The notes under the pieces: generated by a model
Database searches by the model: none
What the model saw: only the letters and a program-made list of their open reading frames with translations
What the model was told of the DNA's origin: nothing
Position numbers and translations under genes: made by a program
Shown here: positions 30,163 to 38,919 of the stretch, piece by piece
Layout of the letters: the number at the start of each line of letters is the position of its first letter
How positions within the stretch are numbered: the first letter of the stretch is position 1
Assembly: GCA_963703285.1 (NCBI GenBank)
Contig: OY969807.1
Location: 1,504,001-1,568,000, forward strand
Direction of reading: 5' to 3'
DNA: 64,000 bases
Origin: an uncultured Nitrososphaerota archaeon
GTDB taxonomy: Archaea; Thermoproteota; Nitrososphaeria; Nitrososphaerales; Gagatemarchaeaceae

Positions 30163-30993
30163 TCAGGCTGTCCCGGCTTCGATCAGCTTAGGGATTTCGT
30201 GCAGGCTGGAGATTCTCTTCACGAAGAGGCCCCTCCTTGGTTTGAATCCCCTCGGTATGTGCTCCAATATCGCCCCGTAGCGGTTGTCGTACCTGTGCCA
30301 GAGCCCGGTGTAGAGGGCGGCGTTCATCCCAAAGGATGCCGCGCCTGCGACGTCCGCCCTGAAGGAGTCGCCGACGTGTAAGACCTCAGCGGGCTCGACG
30401 GAGAGGGCCCGCACCGCATGCTCGAAGATCTCTCTACGAGGCTTGACGAAGCCCACGTCGCAGGAAATGGTCAGCGAGTCGAAGTACTTCATGATGCCCA
30501 TCGTCTTGAGCATCCTCTCGTAGGCCTTGGTCGACCTGCCCGCGTTCGAGATGAGACCTATCTTGATTCCCTCGAACTCGTTCTTCAGTTGCCGGAGCAC
30601 GGGCTTCGCCTCGGGGTTGAGGTGGGGGAGCCTGGAGGAGGCCCCGGAGTCGGAGAGGATTCTCCCTGCTCGTTCCCGCATCGCTTGCTCCTCCGCCTTC
30701 CCGAACCTTATCCCGAGAGTGTCGAAGAGCATCCCGCCGCGCTCCTCGAGAGAAAGCTCGAGGTTGTTCTTGTAGGCCTCCTCTATCCTGCCGTTGAGCT
30801 CCTCCATGGCCAGCCGCACGGCGTTGAAGCTTACTCCTTCGTGCAGGGAGCTGGCCAGACCCGCTCTCGTCCTCAGGAAGCGGTGGAAGTTGATGAGCCG
30901 CCGCAGCTTCCAGTAGTCAGCGAGCTCCCGCGTGTCCCAGATCAGCGTGAGCCAGAGGTCAAGCGTGACGGCACGGATTTTCAGCTCAGACAC
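30163..30993 (-). CDS. HAD-family hydrolase
   Basis: TLDLWLTL, ISNA, KP.REIF, HVGDSFRADVAGA. Confidence 0.9.
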   Translation of the reverse strand: MSELKIRAVTLDLWLTLIWDTRELADYWKLRRLINFHRFLRTRAGLASSLHEGVSFNAVRLAMEELNGRIEEAYKNNLELSLEERGGMLFDTLGIRFGKAEEQAMRERAGRILSDSGASSRLPHLNPEAKPVLRQLKNEFEGIKIGLISNAGRSTKAYERMLKTMGIMKYFDSLTISCDVGFVKPRREIFEHAVRALSVEPAEVLHVGDSFRADVAGAASFGMNAALYTGLWHRYDNRYGAILEHIPRGFKPRRGLFVKRISSLHEIPKLIEAGTA

Positions 30994-31127
30994 TGGCGGT
31001 GCCAGACTCCCGTCCCCTTAACAAGCGTTTTCGGAGGATTTCATCTAGTGAGAGAGACTCGTTTCAGTCCAACCTCAAAATCCGTCCAGTGAGAGCTAAT
31101 CTGCAGATTCTCTCCCATGAACGGCAC

Positions 31128-31185
31128 TTCTAACGTGTAGGGTTGATTGGCCCCCGCCGGGGCGTTTCGTGCACATGTTGGGCTA
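31128..31185 (+). repeat. Repeat R5 (full length, diverged; the only copy with AAC in the left arm)
   Basis: TTCTAACGTGTAGGGTTGATTGGCCCCCGCCGGGGCGTTTCGTGCACATGTTGGGCTA. Confidence 0.8.
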
Positions 31186-31274
31186 GAGCCAGGCGGAGTT
31201 CAGCGTAACACTTATGAAATCTGAGACCAAGCTGTGAGACGCGTGCGTGAGACCCATCGTCGACCAAGAATATC

Positions 31275-31928
31275 GTGAGCACGATCAATGCCAGGCTGCC
31301 CGGCTCCAGACGCGACATTGAGGCTATCCTCCTAGTCGGCAGCACCGCCTTCGCCAAGAATCTGGCAGATTGGGATGATTTCGACGTTCAGGTGTACACG
31401 CGAGAGCAGCCGAGAGTCAGAGAGTACTACGAGATAATCGAGGACGGCGGGAGTCACTACCTGCTGGGCGCCCGTTACTTTCGCCTCGACAGGCTCAATA
31501 CCCCGCCTGCGAGTGTCCTGCAGCAGAAGGACGTGCAGATCCTCTTTGGGAAAGAGGAAGCGCTTCGGCACCTCTTCGCCAATAGGCCGAGAAGGATAGA
31601 GCCAATACCGCATGCAATCAGGAATTTCAAGGAGAACTACGAGAACTGCTTCATGCTGCTCGTGGACCTGTTCTTCATCCTCAAGAGGTATGAGGCGAGG
31701 GGCAGGCGCGATGCCACAAAGCCCCGCTTGTGCCGTGATGCCATGAGAACGATCGCAAGACACTACTATGGATTCTACGGGGTCAGTCGACCAATCCCGG
31801 ACCGGGTTAGGTGGAGGAGACTGTTGGCCGAAACCATTCAGTTACTCGAGGAACGAAAGTTCGAGACCATCTGCCGCAACAGGAAGCTCGTAAGGACCGC
31901 AATCGATTTGATGTCGCAACACACGTAG
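31275..31928 (+). CDS. Nucleotidyltransferase-like hypothetical protein
   Basis: ILLVGS.A......DDFDVQV resembles the pol-beta NTase GS..DxD motif. Confidence 0.6.
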   Translation: MSTINARLPGSRRDIEAILLVGSTAFAKNLADWDDFDVQVYTREQPRVREYYEIIEDGGSHYLLGARYFRLDRLNTPPASVLQQKDVQILFGKEEALRHLFANRPRRIEPIPHAIRNFKENYENCFMLLVDLFFILKRYEARGRRDATKPRLCRDAMRTIARHYYGFYGVSRPIPDRVRWRRLLAETIQLLEERKFETICRNRKLVRTAIDLMSQHT

Positions 31929-31938
31929 GAACGTCTCC

Positions 31939-31960
31939 GGGGTTCATCGCGCCTCCGCCG
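31939..31960 (+). repeat. Repeat R6 (3'-truncated)
   Basis: GGGGTTCATCGCGCCTCCGCCG. Confidence 0.85.
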
Positions 31961-32009
31961 TCGCGGTCCCTTTCCCTGAAGGGGCGAGCGACCGGACTTC
32001 CTGCACGTA

Positions 32010-32396
32010 CTACTTCCAGACGGTCTTGACCGGGGTGTCGCCTAGTCCCCAGCTCCATGAGACCCTGGGCCTGATGCGGATGTACTCGCCTTTGCCGAAC
32101 TCCCCCTCGTGCGTCACGATATCGGCCACACCGTTCACCCTTATCCCGCGCACCTTCCACGGGTCCACCGAGACGAGGTCGTCTATGACCAGCGCGACCT
32201 GCCGGTTCCCGCTCTTGACGTTGAGGTACCTTGGGGTGGACCTGAGGATCTTCTGCTTGACGCTCCCGATGTAGAAGCACTTGCCGTCGAACTCGAAACC
32301 CACGGGAGCGACGTTCGGCTTGCCCTTTGTGGTGGCCGTGGCTACCCTCACGAGAAGCTGCGACTTCAGGTACTTGAGCTCCTCCTTGTTGAACAT
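32010..32396 (-). CDS. PPOX-class F420-dependent oxidoreductase
   Basis: RVATA...PNVAPVGF, VALVIDDLVSVDPWKVRGIRVNG, SWSWGL. Confidence 0.9.
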   Translation of the reverse strand: MFNKEELKYLKSQLLVRVATATTKGKPNVAPVGFEFDGKCFYIGSVKQKILRSTPRYLNVKSGNRQVALVIDDLVSVDPWKVRGIRVNGVADIVTHEGEFGKGEYIRIRPRVSWSWGLGDTPVKTVWK

Positions 32397-32551
32397 GTAC
32401 GCAGTCGAGACTGGCTCTCTAAAGACATCTTCGGTGGGCGGTGCATTCGAAGGAGACTTCCGACCTCCTTCCACACGATCACTGCTGGCCAGAGGTTCCG
32501 CATTCGCTGGCCGAAAAGATGAAATCTTATGGGCGTCCGGACCATCAAGGC

Positions 32552-33031
32552 TTGGTAGACGCCACCGACCTCACGCTGTTAGCGACGTTGGTGCAGACTT
32601 CCGTGATCACCCTGACGCTGCTCGTCTTCATCTTCCAGTTCCGCAGCCAGGAGAAAGCGATTCGGGAATCATCATATCAGAACCTCCTCGGAAGGTACAA
32701 CGAATACGTCATGTCAGGCTCGGGCACAGACGACCAGCTCCTCGCGCGGCTCTTCTCAGAAGAGGCCGAGAGGCCCTCCCTCCAAGAGCTGGCCGTGGTT
32801 CGCCGCCTCATGATAGCCTATGGGATCATCGAGGAAGCCTATGAGCTCTACGAGAAAGGATGGATCGATGAAGAGACTTGGGAGCAGTGGGCTGCATGGC
32901 TAAGAGTCATCTCCAAGCACCCCCGGTTCCGCACTCTCCACGTCGGAGCCACCGGCATGTTCGATAAGGGTTTCCAAGCCTACGTCTCGCGGATAATCGA
33001 AGCGAAGGGCTCATCCGAGCCAAGAAAGTAG
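32552..33031 (+). CDS. Membrane-anchored hypothetical protein
   Basis: N-terminal TM helix ending FQFR; EEAYELYEKGWIDEETWEQW. Confidence 0.65.
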   Translation: MVDATDLTLLATLVQTSVITLTLLVFIFQFRSQEKAIRESSYQNLLGRYNEYVMSGSGTDDQLLARLFSEEAERPSLQELAVVRRLMIAYGIIEEAYELYEKGWIDEETWEQWAAWLRVISKHPRFRTLHVGATGMFDKGFQAYVSRIIEAKGSSEPRK

Positions 33032-33058
33032 ATCACGGTCAGGCTGCTTGAATTCGTG

Positions 33059-33110
33059 ATGCTAGGGTTCATCGCGCCTCCGCTGAGGCATCTCATCCAC
33101 ATGTTGGGCT
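33059..33110 (+). repeat. Repeat R7 (full length)
   Basis: ATGCTAGGGTTCATCGCGCCTCCGCTGAGGCATCTCATCCACATGTTGGGCT. Confidence 0.92.
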
Positions 33111-33336
33111 CGGGTGATTCGCCAGCCACCTTGGGCGCTCTCCTGCGGAGGCGTTCGAACGAGCTCGAATCAGACGGAAGAGCCAAAAGCCCACCCCTCT
33201 TCTCAGGCGAGACGACGATGACGATGGCAGACGGGGAAATCCTCGGGATTCAACGGGGTCGTTGAAAGACGGACCCCGTCTCCTGCCGCCGGTCCGACCC
33301 ACTCCCGGGGCGTAATCCCCGAGGTCGACAGCCGGA

Positions 33337-34125
33337 TTGAAGTTCCTGCCCTTAGAGCACGGACTCATCGTCTCGTGGTTCGTCATGATAATCGGGGCTG
33401 TGCTCCTGTCCACCGAGTTCAGCTCCTACGGAATCGGTTTGATAATCGTACTCCTGCCCACGCTGTTTGTCTACGACAGGGTCATCGTAGGTCTGAGACT
33501 CTGGTCGCTGGGGAAGGTAGACTTCCGCGGCTTGCTGGTCGAGAAGGTGGGGGCTCTGGCCCTCGTCATCCTCTCGGTAGCGCTCGCCTACATGGCCGCG
33601 GGTCTGCTGCTGAGCTTGATGCCTTGGATTCCCGTGTTGGTGACGGCCGTCATCCTGGTCCTGGTGGGAATCGCCTTCCGCTATCTGAAGGAGAGGCACA
33701 TGGTCACGAGGGCCGTCTCGACCCTGATGGTGAACTCGCAATTCCTTCTAATCAACTCAGCCCTCGGCGACACAGTCACGAGTTTCGAGATCATCGCCTT
33801 CACCATGATGTCGCTGGTCGCCCTGCTTCTCGTCGCGAACGTCGTCCAGCTGGTAGAGACCGAAAGGATCCGGGTGGGCCCTTCCAGGCGAGGTTCAATC
33901 GGGGACGACCCACCCTTCTTCGTGGCGGGAGTGGCCATCGCAGCGGTAATCTCCCTGGCTGTCTCAGAGTTCTACCTATCCTTCGTCATCCTGCTGGTGG
34001 CAATCGAGGGTGCATGCCGTTATGGGCTGCGGGGGAGGACGATGAGGACCAGGGGGATTCTCTCGTCGTGCGTCGAGGCGCTAGCGCTGCTGCTCCTCCT
34101 CCTGCACCTCCATGGAATCCTGTAG
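33337..34125 (+). CDS. Multi-pass membrane protein (YwiC-like)
   Basis: LPLEHG..SW N-terminal motif, about 9 TM helices. Confidence 0.65.
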   Translation: MKFLPLEHGLIVSWFVMIIGAVLLSTEFSSYGIGLIIVLLPTLFVYDRVIVGLRLWSLGKVDFRGLLVEKVGALALVILSVALAYMAAGLLLSLMPWIPVLVTAVILVLVGIAFRYLKERHMVTRAVSTLMVNSQFLLINSALGDTVTSFEIIAFTMMSLVALLLVANVVQLVETERIRVGPSRRGSIGDDPPFFVAGVAIAAVISLAVSEFYLSFVILLVAIEGACRYGLRGRTMRTRGILSSCVEALALLLLLLHLHGIL

Positions 34126-34174
34126 GTCTTTCGCGCCGGAAATGGCCAACGCTCTCGGGAAGTTCAGAAAACAG

Positions 34175-34216
34175 GCGATACTAGGAATCCCCTGCGGCTC
34201 CGCCGAGGCGTCTTCA
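34175..34216 (+). repeat. Repeat R8 (degenerate)
   Basis: GCGATACTAGGAATCCCCTGCGGCTCCGCCGAGGCGTCTTCA. Confidence 0.55.
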
Positions 34217-34846
34217 GACGATGCGGCTCTTGGACAACCTCTTGACCACCAGCGCTGCACCTTCCTTCGTGATAATTTTCCAAGACCGAACGTAACTCTC
34301 TTTCATATGCGGGTTGGCCTTCGAGTACTCCCACCATCTCTCGTGTCTGATGTACCTCTCCGCGCCACTACCGAAGACGGCTCTGAGCGTTTCGACCAGC
34401 AGGGCCTGGACTGGGATGTGGATGATCGTGGTGTGGTCCTCGGTTTTGTATGAGGCCCCCATAGATATCCAGTATCCCGCGAGCATTTCCTCGTTGTCGT
34501 CCAACAGAGTATGGATGAGTTCGTGTATCAGAGATGTGACCTGGCCCTCGATGTTCTCCCCCTTCTCTCCTATCCAGAGGGTGAGTGGATCGGAAAATGG
34601 GTAGCTGACAGTCGAGACCACATAGGCCCGAATCTCCCTTCTCTTACAGCGGAGCCCCGAGAAACTCGCCATGGCGCGCAGGATTTTCTCCGAATGCACG
34701 TCCCAAGCCTTCTGGATCTCTGCCGCCTGCTCCTTGCCTCTGCGGCTAGCCTCGGGGGTGAGCTCGTGACCATGATACCTCATGAGTACGCGGTCGTATA
34801 TCGAAGAGTAGGTGACAATAACCCTAGGGATTCCGCCCACAGGCAC
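34214..34846 (-). CDS. HExxH zincin-like hypothetical protein
   Basis: PFSDPLTL...LIHELIH; the stop codon lies within repeat R8. Confidence 0.7.
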   Translation of the reverse strand: MPVGGIPRVIVTYSSIYDRVLMRYHGHELTPEASRRGKEQAAEIQKAWDVHSEKILRAMASFSGLRCKRREIRAYVVSTVSYPFSDPLTLWIGEKGENIEGQVTSLIHELIHTLLDDNEEMLAGYWISMGASYKTEDHTTIIHIPVQALLVETLRAVFGSGAERYIRHERWWEYSKANPHMKESYVRSWKIITKEGAALVVKRLSKSRIV

Positions 34847-34875
34847 TTGGTGGCGTACCTCTTCTTAACGATAGT

Positions 34876-35487
34876 TCACTCGGCGTTCATTGTGCCATCG
34901 GTCTGGGGAGCCTCTTCGTCGTCCTCCTGAGGCTCCTGATTGAGCCACCGCTTGGCCTTCCCTATCGGACCCAAACCCTGGGGCGTAAAGTTCCCGAAGC
35001 CTATCGCCGTGAAGCCTAGCGCCACGAAGATGGCGGAGTCTTGAATCACACCGGCAACTCCCGTAAGAGTTGAAAGGGACGACGTGAAATCCACGGTCTG
35101 TGGTGGATGGCCAGGAGGGAAGACGACGTTCTCGGCAATCACCAGGAGCGGGGTGTTCACGAGGGCCAGTACAAACCCCCACAAGAACAGCGTGAGCGCT
35201 ATCCAGGGGGCGGCCCTGGAGGGGTCAAGGCCATATCTCCGCGCCACGTAGAAGAAGAGTCCAAACGGTATGGCGAATTCGAAGATGATCGCTTGCCAGG
35301 GATATACGGCAAAGTACACCCCGTACACGAAGAATCGTTCGAAGATGGACCCGATGATGCCAATCAACTCAAACGCTTGAAGGAACCCATACAGGACGTA
35401 GCCGAGCAGGACCGCGAAGCCCGCAAGCGCAAGCATCGCCACCGCTCGCCCGGGGGACGGCTGACTCTCTGTGGTCAAGGTCTTCAC
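34876..35487 (-). CDS. Membrane protein (paralog 2)
   Basis: 4 TM segments; GTG overlaps the upstream TGA. Confidence 0.65.
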   Translation of the reverse strand: MKTLTTESQPSPGRAVAMLALAGFAVLLGYVLYGFLQAFELIGIIGSIFERFFVYGVYFAVYPWQAIIFEFAIPFGLFFYVARRYGLDPSRAAPWIALTLFLWGFVLALVNTPLLVIAENVVFPPGHPPQTVDFTSSLSTLTGVAGVIQDSAIFVALGFTAIGFGNFTPQGLGPIGKAKRWLNQEPQEDDEEAPQTDGTMNAE

Positions 35488-35954
35488 ATCCTCCTGTAGT
35501 ATGAGAGAAGGACTGCCGAGAAGCCGATGAGGGTGTATTCCACGGAGGCGAAGACGGAGCTTCCTGCCCATGACAGGAGGGTGGTTAGTGGGTCAGACTG
35601 GTAGGCGAAAATGAAGCTGCCTGCATTGATGGATACGTAGTCGGGCAGGCTAAGGACCGCCAGTGCCAGGACCGACCCGAGGAAGATGGAGAGCGCAACC
35701 TTTGTGTAGTCAACGCTCAGGTTCACCCGCACCCTCGCGGCCAGGTAGAACAGTACGAAGATGCCGAAGGGCACCAGGATGATATTGAACGCGACTAACG
35801 CCGACTCCGTGGTGGACCCGGGCAGGGCGTAGCTGCCCGTCGCTCTGATGTAGAGGTCTGGTGCAAGCTCGAGGGCGGTGATCAGGATTGCCGCAAGGAC
35901 GAACCTCGGAAAGACGCCGTGCGATTCCACCGCATAGCGGTCCTCCTGCGTCAA
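35484..35954 (-). CDS. Membrane protein (paralog 1)
   Basis: 4 TM segments; VPFGIFVLFYLA similar to IPFGLFFYVA of its neighbour. Confidence 0.65.
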   Translation of the reverse strand: MTQEDRYAVESHGVFPRFVLAAILITALELAPDLYIRATGSYALPGSTTESALVAFNIILVPFGIFVLFYLAARVRVNLSVDYTKVALSIFLGSVLALAVLSLPDYVSINAGSFIFAYQSDPLTTLLSWAGSSVFASVEYTLIGFSAVLLSYYRRM

Positions 35955-36024
35955 TGGTGGTCTTGGCCACCGGCTTCTTATAGGCGTTCTCTCTCCTGTG
36001 ATCGTAGGACATTACACGGCGCGG

Positions 36025-36069
36025 GGGGTCATTGCGCCTCCGCCGGGGCATTTCATCCATACGTTTGGC
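36025..36069 (+). repeat. Repeat R9 (full length)
   Basis: GGGGTCATTGCGCCTCCGCCGGGGCATTTCATCCATACGTTTGGC. Confidence 0.92.
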
Positions 36070-36119
36070 GACATTAGCGTGTCTCCCCTAGGATTCTGGA
36101 TCTGTCGAGCAGCGAAGTC

Positions 36120-36446
36120 TCACGGAAAGCGCCCTTCGTTTGTCCCATTATGGCGTGAGGCTGTAGCTCGTGCCTTACGAACCGCCCAATCCAAGAAGGC
36201 CATGTTTGCGATGTCAACATCTTCCTTTGTTTCGTCAAGCGTTGCATCGTCGTGGTCAGGGAATCTCTCGGTAATCTCGTGGAGGAAGCGGTCTTGAATT
36301 GATTCGAGAGGATAGTTTCTCCAATCGAAGTCATCCCTTGTTACGCTGTCTTTTCCCCATTTATCGGCGCGGAGTCTGAACTTCGCGAGCATCTCTCCCT
36401 TGAACTGATTCAGTTTCTGTTCGAGAACCGACTCGTCCTCCATCAT
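36120..36446 (-). CDS. Hypothetical protein, all-alpha NTP pyrophosphohydrolase (MazG-like) candidate
   Basis: HEITE...KEDVDIANMAFL acidic ExxE/ExxD pattern; own TTAAA box at ~36470. Confidence 0.55.
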   Translation of the reverse strand: MMEDESVLEQKLNQFKGEMLAKFRLRADKWGKDSVTRDDFDWRNYPLESIQDRFLHEITERFPDHDDATLDETKEDVDIANMAFLDWAVRKARATASRHNGTNEGRFP

Positions 36447-36485
36447 GCAGGATTTTAGGAACGGGTACGATTTAAGCTTATTCAG

Positions 36486-36519
36486 GCCGTATATGGGGTT
36501 CGTTGCGCCTCCGCTCGGG
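36486..36519 (+). repeat. Repeat R10 (3'-truncated or degenerate)
   Basis: GCCGTATATGGGGTTCGTTGCGCCTCCGCTCGGG. Confidence 0.85.
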
Positions 36520-36621
36520 ATGATCACCGGTTGGTGTTCTCTACTCTGTCGTCAAACAAGGATCTAAAAGATTGACAACCTGAGATTCAGTGTCTAACCG
36601 ATTAATACGGCCCGGTCGCAG

Positions 36622-37413
36622 ATGATAGTCATGGGGAATCCAAGTCAACGAGCGTGGTCTGCCGATGAAGCCGAGGCTTGGAACCTGCTCATTCCCATGC
36701 AGCGGACGGCCAAGGAGGTCGGCTTCCTGCTGTGGGTGTTCAGACGGTTTGGCCGTGAAGGCGTTCGTGAGGTGCTGGACCTGGGGTGCGGAGCCGGTCG
36801 ACTCGCCATCGAACTGTCGGCAAAGGGATACGCCGTCACGGGTGTGGACAGGTCCCCGGCCATGCTGAAGGTAGCGAGGCGCAACGCCGACGAGAGGCAG
36901 GTTGAGCTCAGGCTCCTCAGGTCCCGGCTGAGCGAACTCAAGGTCACGGGGAGGTTCGACGCGGCCTACAGCGTCCAGGACCCGTTCAACTACCTGCTCG
37001 AGGAGGACGAGCTCTCGAGCTCGCTCACAAGGCTGAGGTCCCTGTTGCGGCCCGGCGGAGTGCTGGTCGTCGACATCATGAACTTCGCTACGCTGTACGG
37101 CGGGTGGAAGAGGGTCCTCAGGCAGACCAGCAGGGGCAAGAACTGGACGATCCGCAGGCGCGTATCGCTCGAGGTGGACGACGTGAACATGCTCTGGTAC
37201 CACAGGCTCGAGGCCGCGATGGTCCTCGGCGGAGGAAGGAGACGCTGGGAGGAGACGCACGTGCTGAGGATGTGGACGTTCCCGGAGTTCAGGAGCCGGT
37301 TGATCGCCAACGGCTTCTCCGCCGTCCACCTCTTCGGGGGGCTGAAGGCAGGCGCAAGGGAAGCGACCACTCATGCCCCTCGGCTGGTGATCGTAACTAC
37401 CAGGGCTCCCTGA
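36622..37413 (+). CDS. Class I SAM-dependent methyltransferase
   Basis: VLDLGCGAGR, GVDRSPAML, LRPGGVLVVD. Confidence 0.92.
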   Translation: MIVMGNPSQRAWSADEAEAWNLLIPMQRTAKEVGFLLWVFRRFGREGVREVLDLGCGAGRLAIELSAKGYAVTGVDRSPAMLKVARRNADERQVELRLLRSRLSELKVTGRFDAAYSVQDPFNYLLEEDELSSSLTRLRSLLRPGGVLVVDIMNFATLYGGWKRVLRQTSRGKNWTIRRRVSLEVDDVNMLWYHRLEAAMVLGGGRRRWEETHVLRMWTFPEFRSRLIANGFSAVHLFGGLKAGAREATTHAPRLVIVTTRAP

Positions 37414-37423
37414 GCATTCCTGC

Positions 37424-37454
37424 GCCAATGCTAGGGTTCATTGCGCCTCCGCCG
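37424..37454 (+). repeat. Repeat R11 (3'-truncated)
   Basis: GCCAATGCTAGGGTTCATTGCGCCTCCGCCG. Confidence 0.92.
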
Positions 37455-37475
37455 CGGATATCAAGTCTCTATCAG

Positions 37476-37856
37476 TCATTTAATCATGATTGCTTCGTCC
37501 AAACCACGGAAGTGCTCGTCCCCGGTTATGACCTTCATCCCTCTTACTCTAGCCGTTGCTAGGACTACGGAGTCCACCAGTCCCCAACCCCTTACCCGCG
37601 ATCTTCGTTCAGCACTGATCTTTCCGGCCATCTCCGCCGTCTCCTCGTCGAGCGGCGCGAGAGCAGAGGTCGCCTTCAGAAACTTGAGCCTTTCCCTGTG
37701 GTCAAGATTCTCTCTGGTGTACTTGTCGATGAATTCGGCTATGACGATGGTGGGAGTGAAGGCTTCGCCGCTTTCGATGTAGGTCTTCGCCTTCTCTCCC
37801 GCTAGGCTTCCGGCGAAGTATTCAATCCAGGAGAACGTATCCAGTATGTAGATAGC
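37476..37856 (-). CDS. vapC: PIN-domain toxin VapC (no in-frame canonical start; missed by the ORF track)
   Basis: My translation gives YILDTFSWIEYFAGS...IVIAEF...WGLVDSVVLATA...ITGDEHF; the GTG overlapping the antitoxin stop is out of frame. Confidence 0.85.
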   Translation of the reverse strand, partial: AIYILDTFSWIEYFAGSLAGEKAKTYIESGEAFTPTIVIAEFIDKYTRENLDHRERLKFLKATSALAPLDEETAEMAGKISAERRSRVRGWGLVDSVVLATARVRGMKVITGDEHFRGLDEAIMIK

Positions 37857-37859
37857 CGG

Positions 37860-38060
37860 TCACCTCTGGAATTCCTCATGTTCATGCTCTGAAAGATGGA
37901 CCGGTTTGGACCTGTCGACGCCGAACATGCTCTTGGGTAAGCGCTCTGCCTTCTCTATGAGAGCGTTGATCGTCTGGTCGAGGCTTTGTGCCCCCTCTTC
38001 TTTCATGATTCTCCTCAATCTATCCCGGGTCGACTCCTTGACCGCTATGGTCGTGGTCAT
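37860..38060 (-). CDS. vapB: VapB-type antitoxin
   Basis: MTTTIAVKESTRDRL...SLDQTINALI. Confidence 0.85.
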   Translation of the reverse strand: MTTTIAVKESTRDRLRRIMKEEGAQSLDQTINALIEKAERLPKSMFGVDRSKPVHLSEHEHEEFQR

Positions 38061-38107
38061 AATGGATGTATCATATAGACTATAATATATATTCACCGCG
38101 CTTTCTC

Positions 38108-38137
38108 GCCATGCTAGGGTTCATTGCGCCACCGCCG
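38108..38137 (+). repeat. Repeat R12 (3'-truncated)
   Basis: GCCATGCTAGGGTTCATTGCGCCACCGCCG. Confidence 0.92.
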
Positions 38138-38210
38138 AAGAATAACGCGCCGACAACACTCGCATGGTCGCTTCCTGTGCACGGGAAGACGTTTTATTTC
38201 GCAATCGTAG

Positions 38211-38816
38211 GTGGTCCGCATAATGCAACGGCTGGGCCCCGAGGACTACCAGAGCAAGAGACACATCAGAAAGCTCCTGCGCCTCGCAGGGGCGTCCAGG
38301 CGAGATGTGTTTTACGACCTGGGATGCGGGCTGGGCCAGCTCTGCATCGTAGCCGTGGCCGAGTTCGGAGTGAAGAAGGCGGTCGGGATAGAACTGCACA
38401 GGGGCCGGGCGGCGAAAGCGGCGGAGCACGTGCAGGGACTGGGTCTGTCGGACCGCATAGAGATTTGGAACGAGGACTATACCGAGTCGGACCTCCACGA
38501 GGCTACAATCCTGTATTGCGGGCATAGCGAAGAGGAAGAGGACGTCGCACGTTTTGAGAGCGAGCTGAGGAGGGGCTCCAGGTTCGTGAGCCTGTTCCTT
38601 CCCTTCGTCGGAGTGGTGCCTTCGGCGGTGGACTACCCCTTTTACGTCATGGACCTGCCTTTCAAGAGGACGGGGGACGTCTCTCTGTGGATATCGAAGG
38701 TGCTCGCCCGGAAGGCTTCCGTTAACGATCTCTACGAGGAGCTCGACAACGACAGGGAGTACCGGTACGACAAACGCGCCTTCCGGCGGCTCATGAACCA
38801 AAGATTCCGGGTCTAA
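38211..38816 (+). CDS. SAM-dependent methyltransferase (DOT1/protein MTase-like)
   Basis: DVFYDLGCGLG..CIVAV.EFGVKKAVGIE. Confidence 0.85.
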   Translation: MVRIMQRLGPEDYQSKRHIRKLLRLAGASRRDVFYDLGCGLGQLCIVAVAEFGVKKAVGIELHRGRAAKAAEHVQGLGLSDRIEIWNEDYTESDLHEATILYCGHSEEEEDVARFESELRRGSRFVSLFLPFVGVVPSAVDYPFYVMDLPFKRTGDVSLWISKVLARKASVNDLYEELDNDREYRYDKRAFRRLMNQRFRV

Positions 38817-38879
38817 GGCCCAGACTTCACGACCCGCCGATCAAACCAATCAGCTGGGATTGCGCTTCCGTAGAGGCCA

Positions 38880-38911
38880 GCCATGCCAGGGTTCATTGCG
38901 CCTCCGTCGGG
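38880..38911 (+). repeat. Repeat R13 (3'-truncated)
   Basis: GCCATGCCAGGGTTCATTGCGCCTCCGTCGGG. Confidence 0.9.
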
Positions 38912-38919
38912 TAAATCGT

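Noticed and set aside
38856-38878. Extra repeat-like fragment GGGATTGCGCTTCCG just before R13, and a similar one at ~59153-59178
   Set aside because: Too short and diverged to distinguish from chance; not counted.
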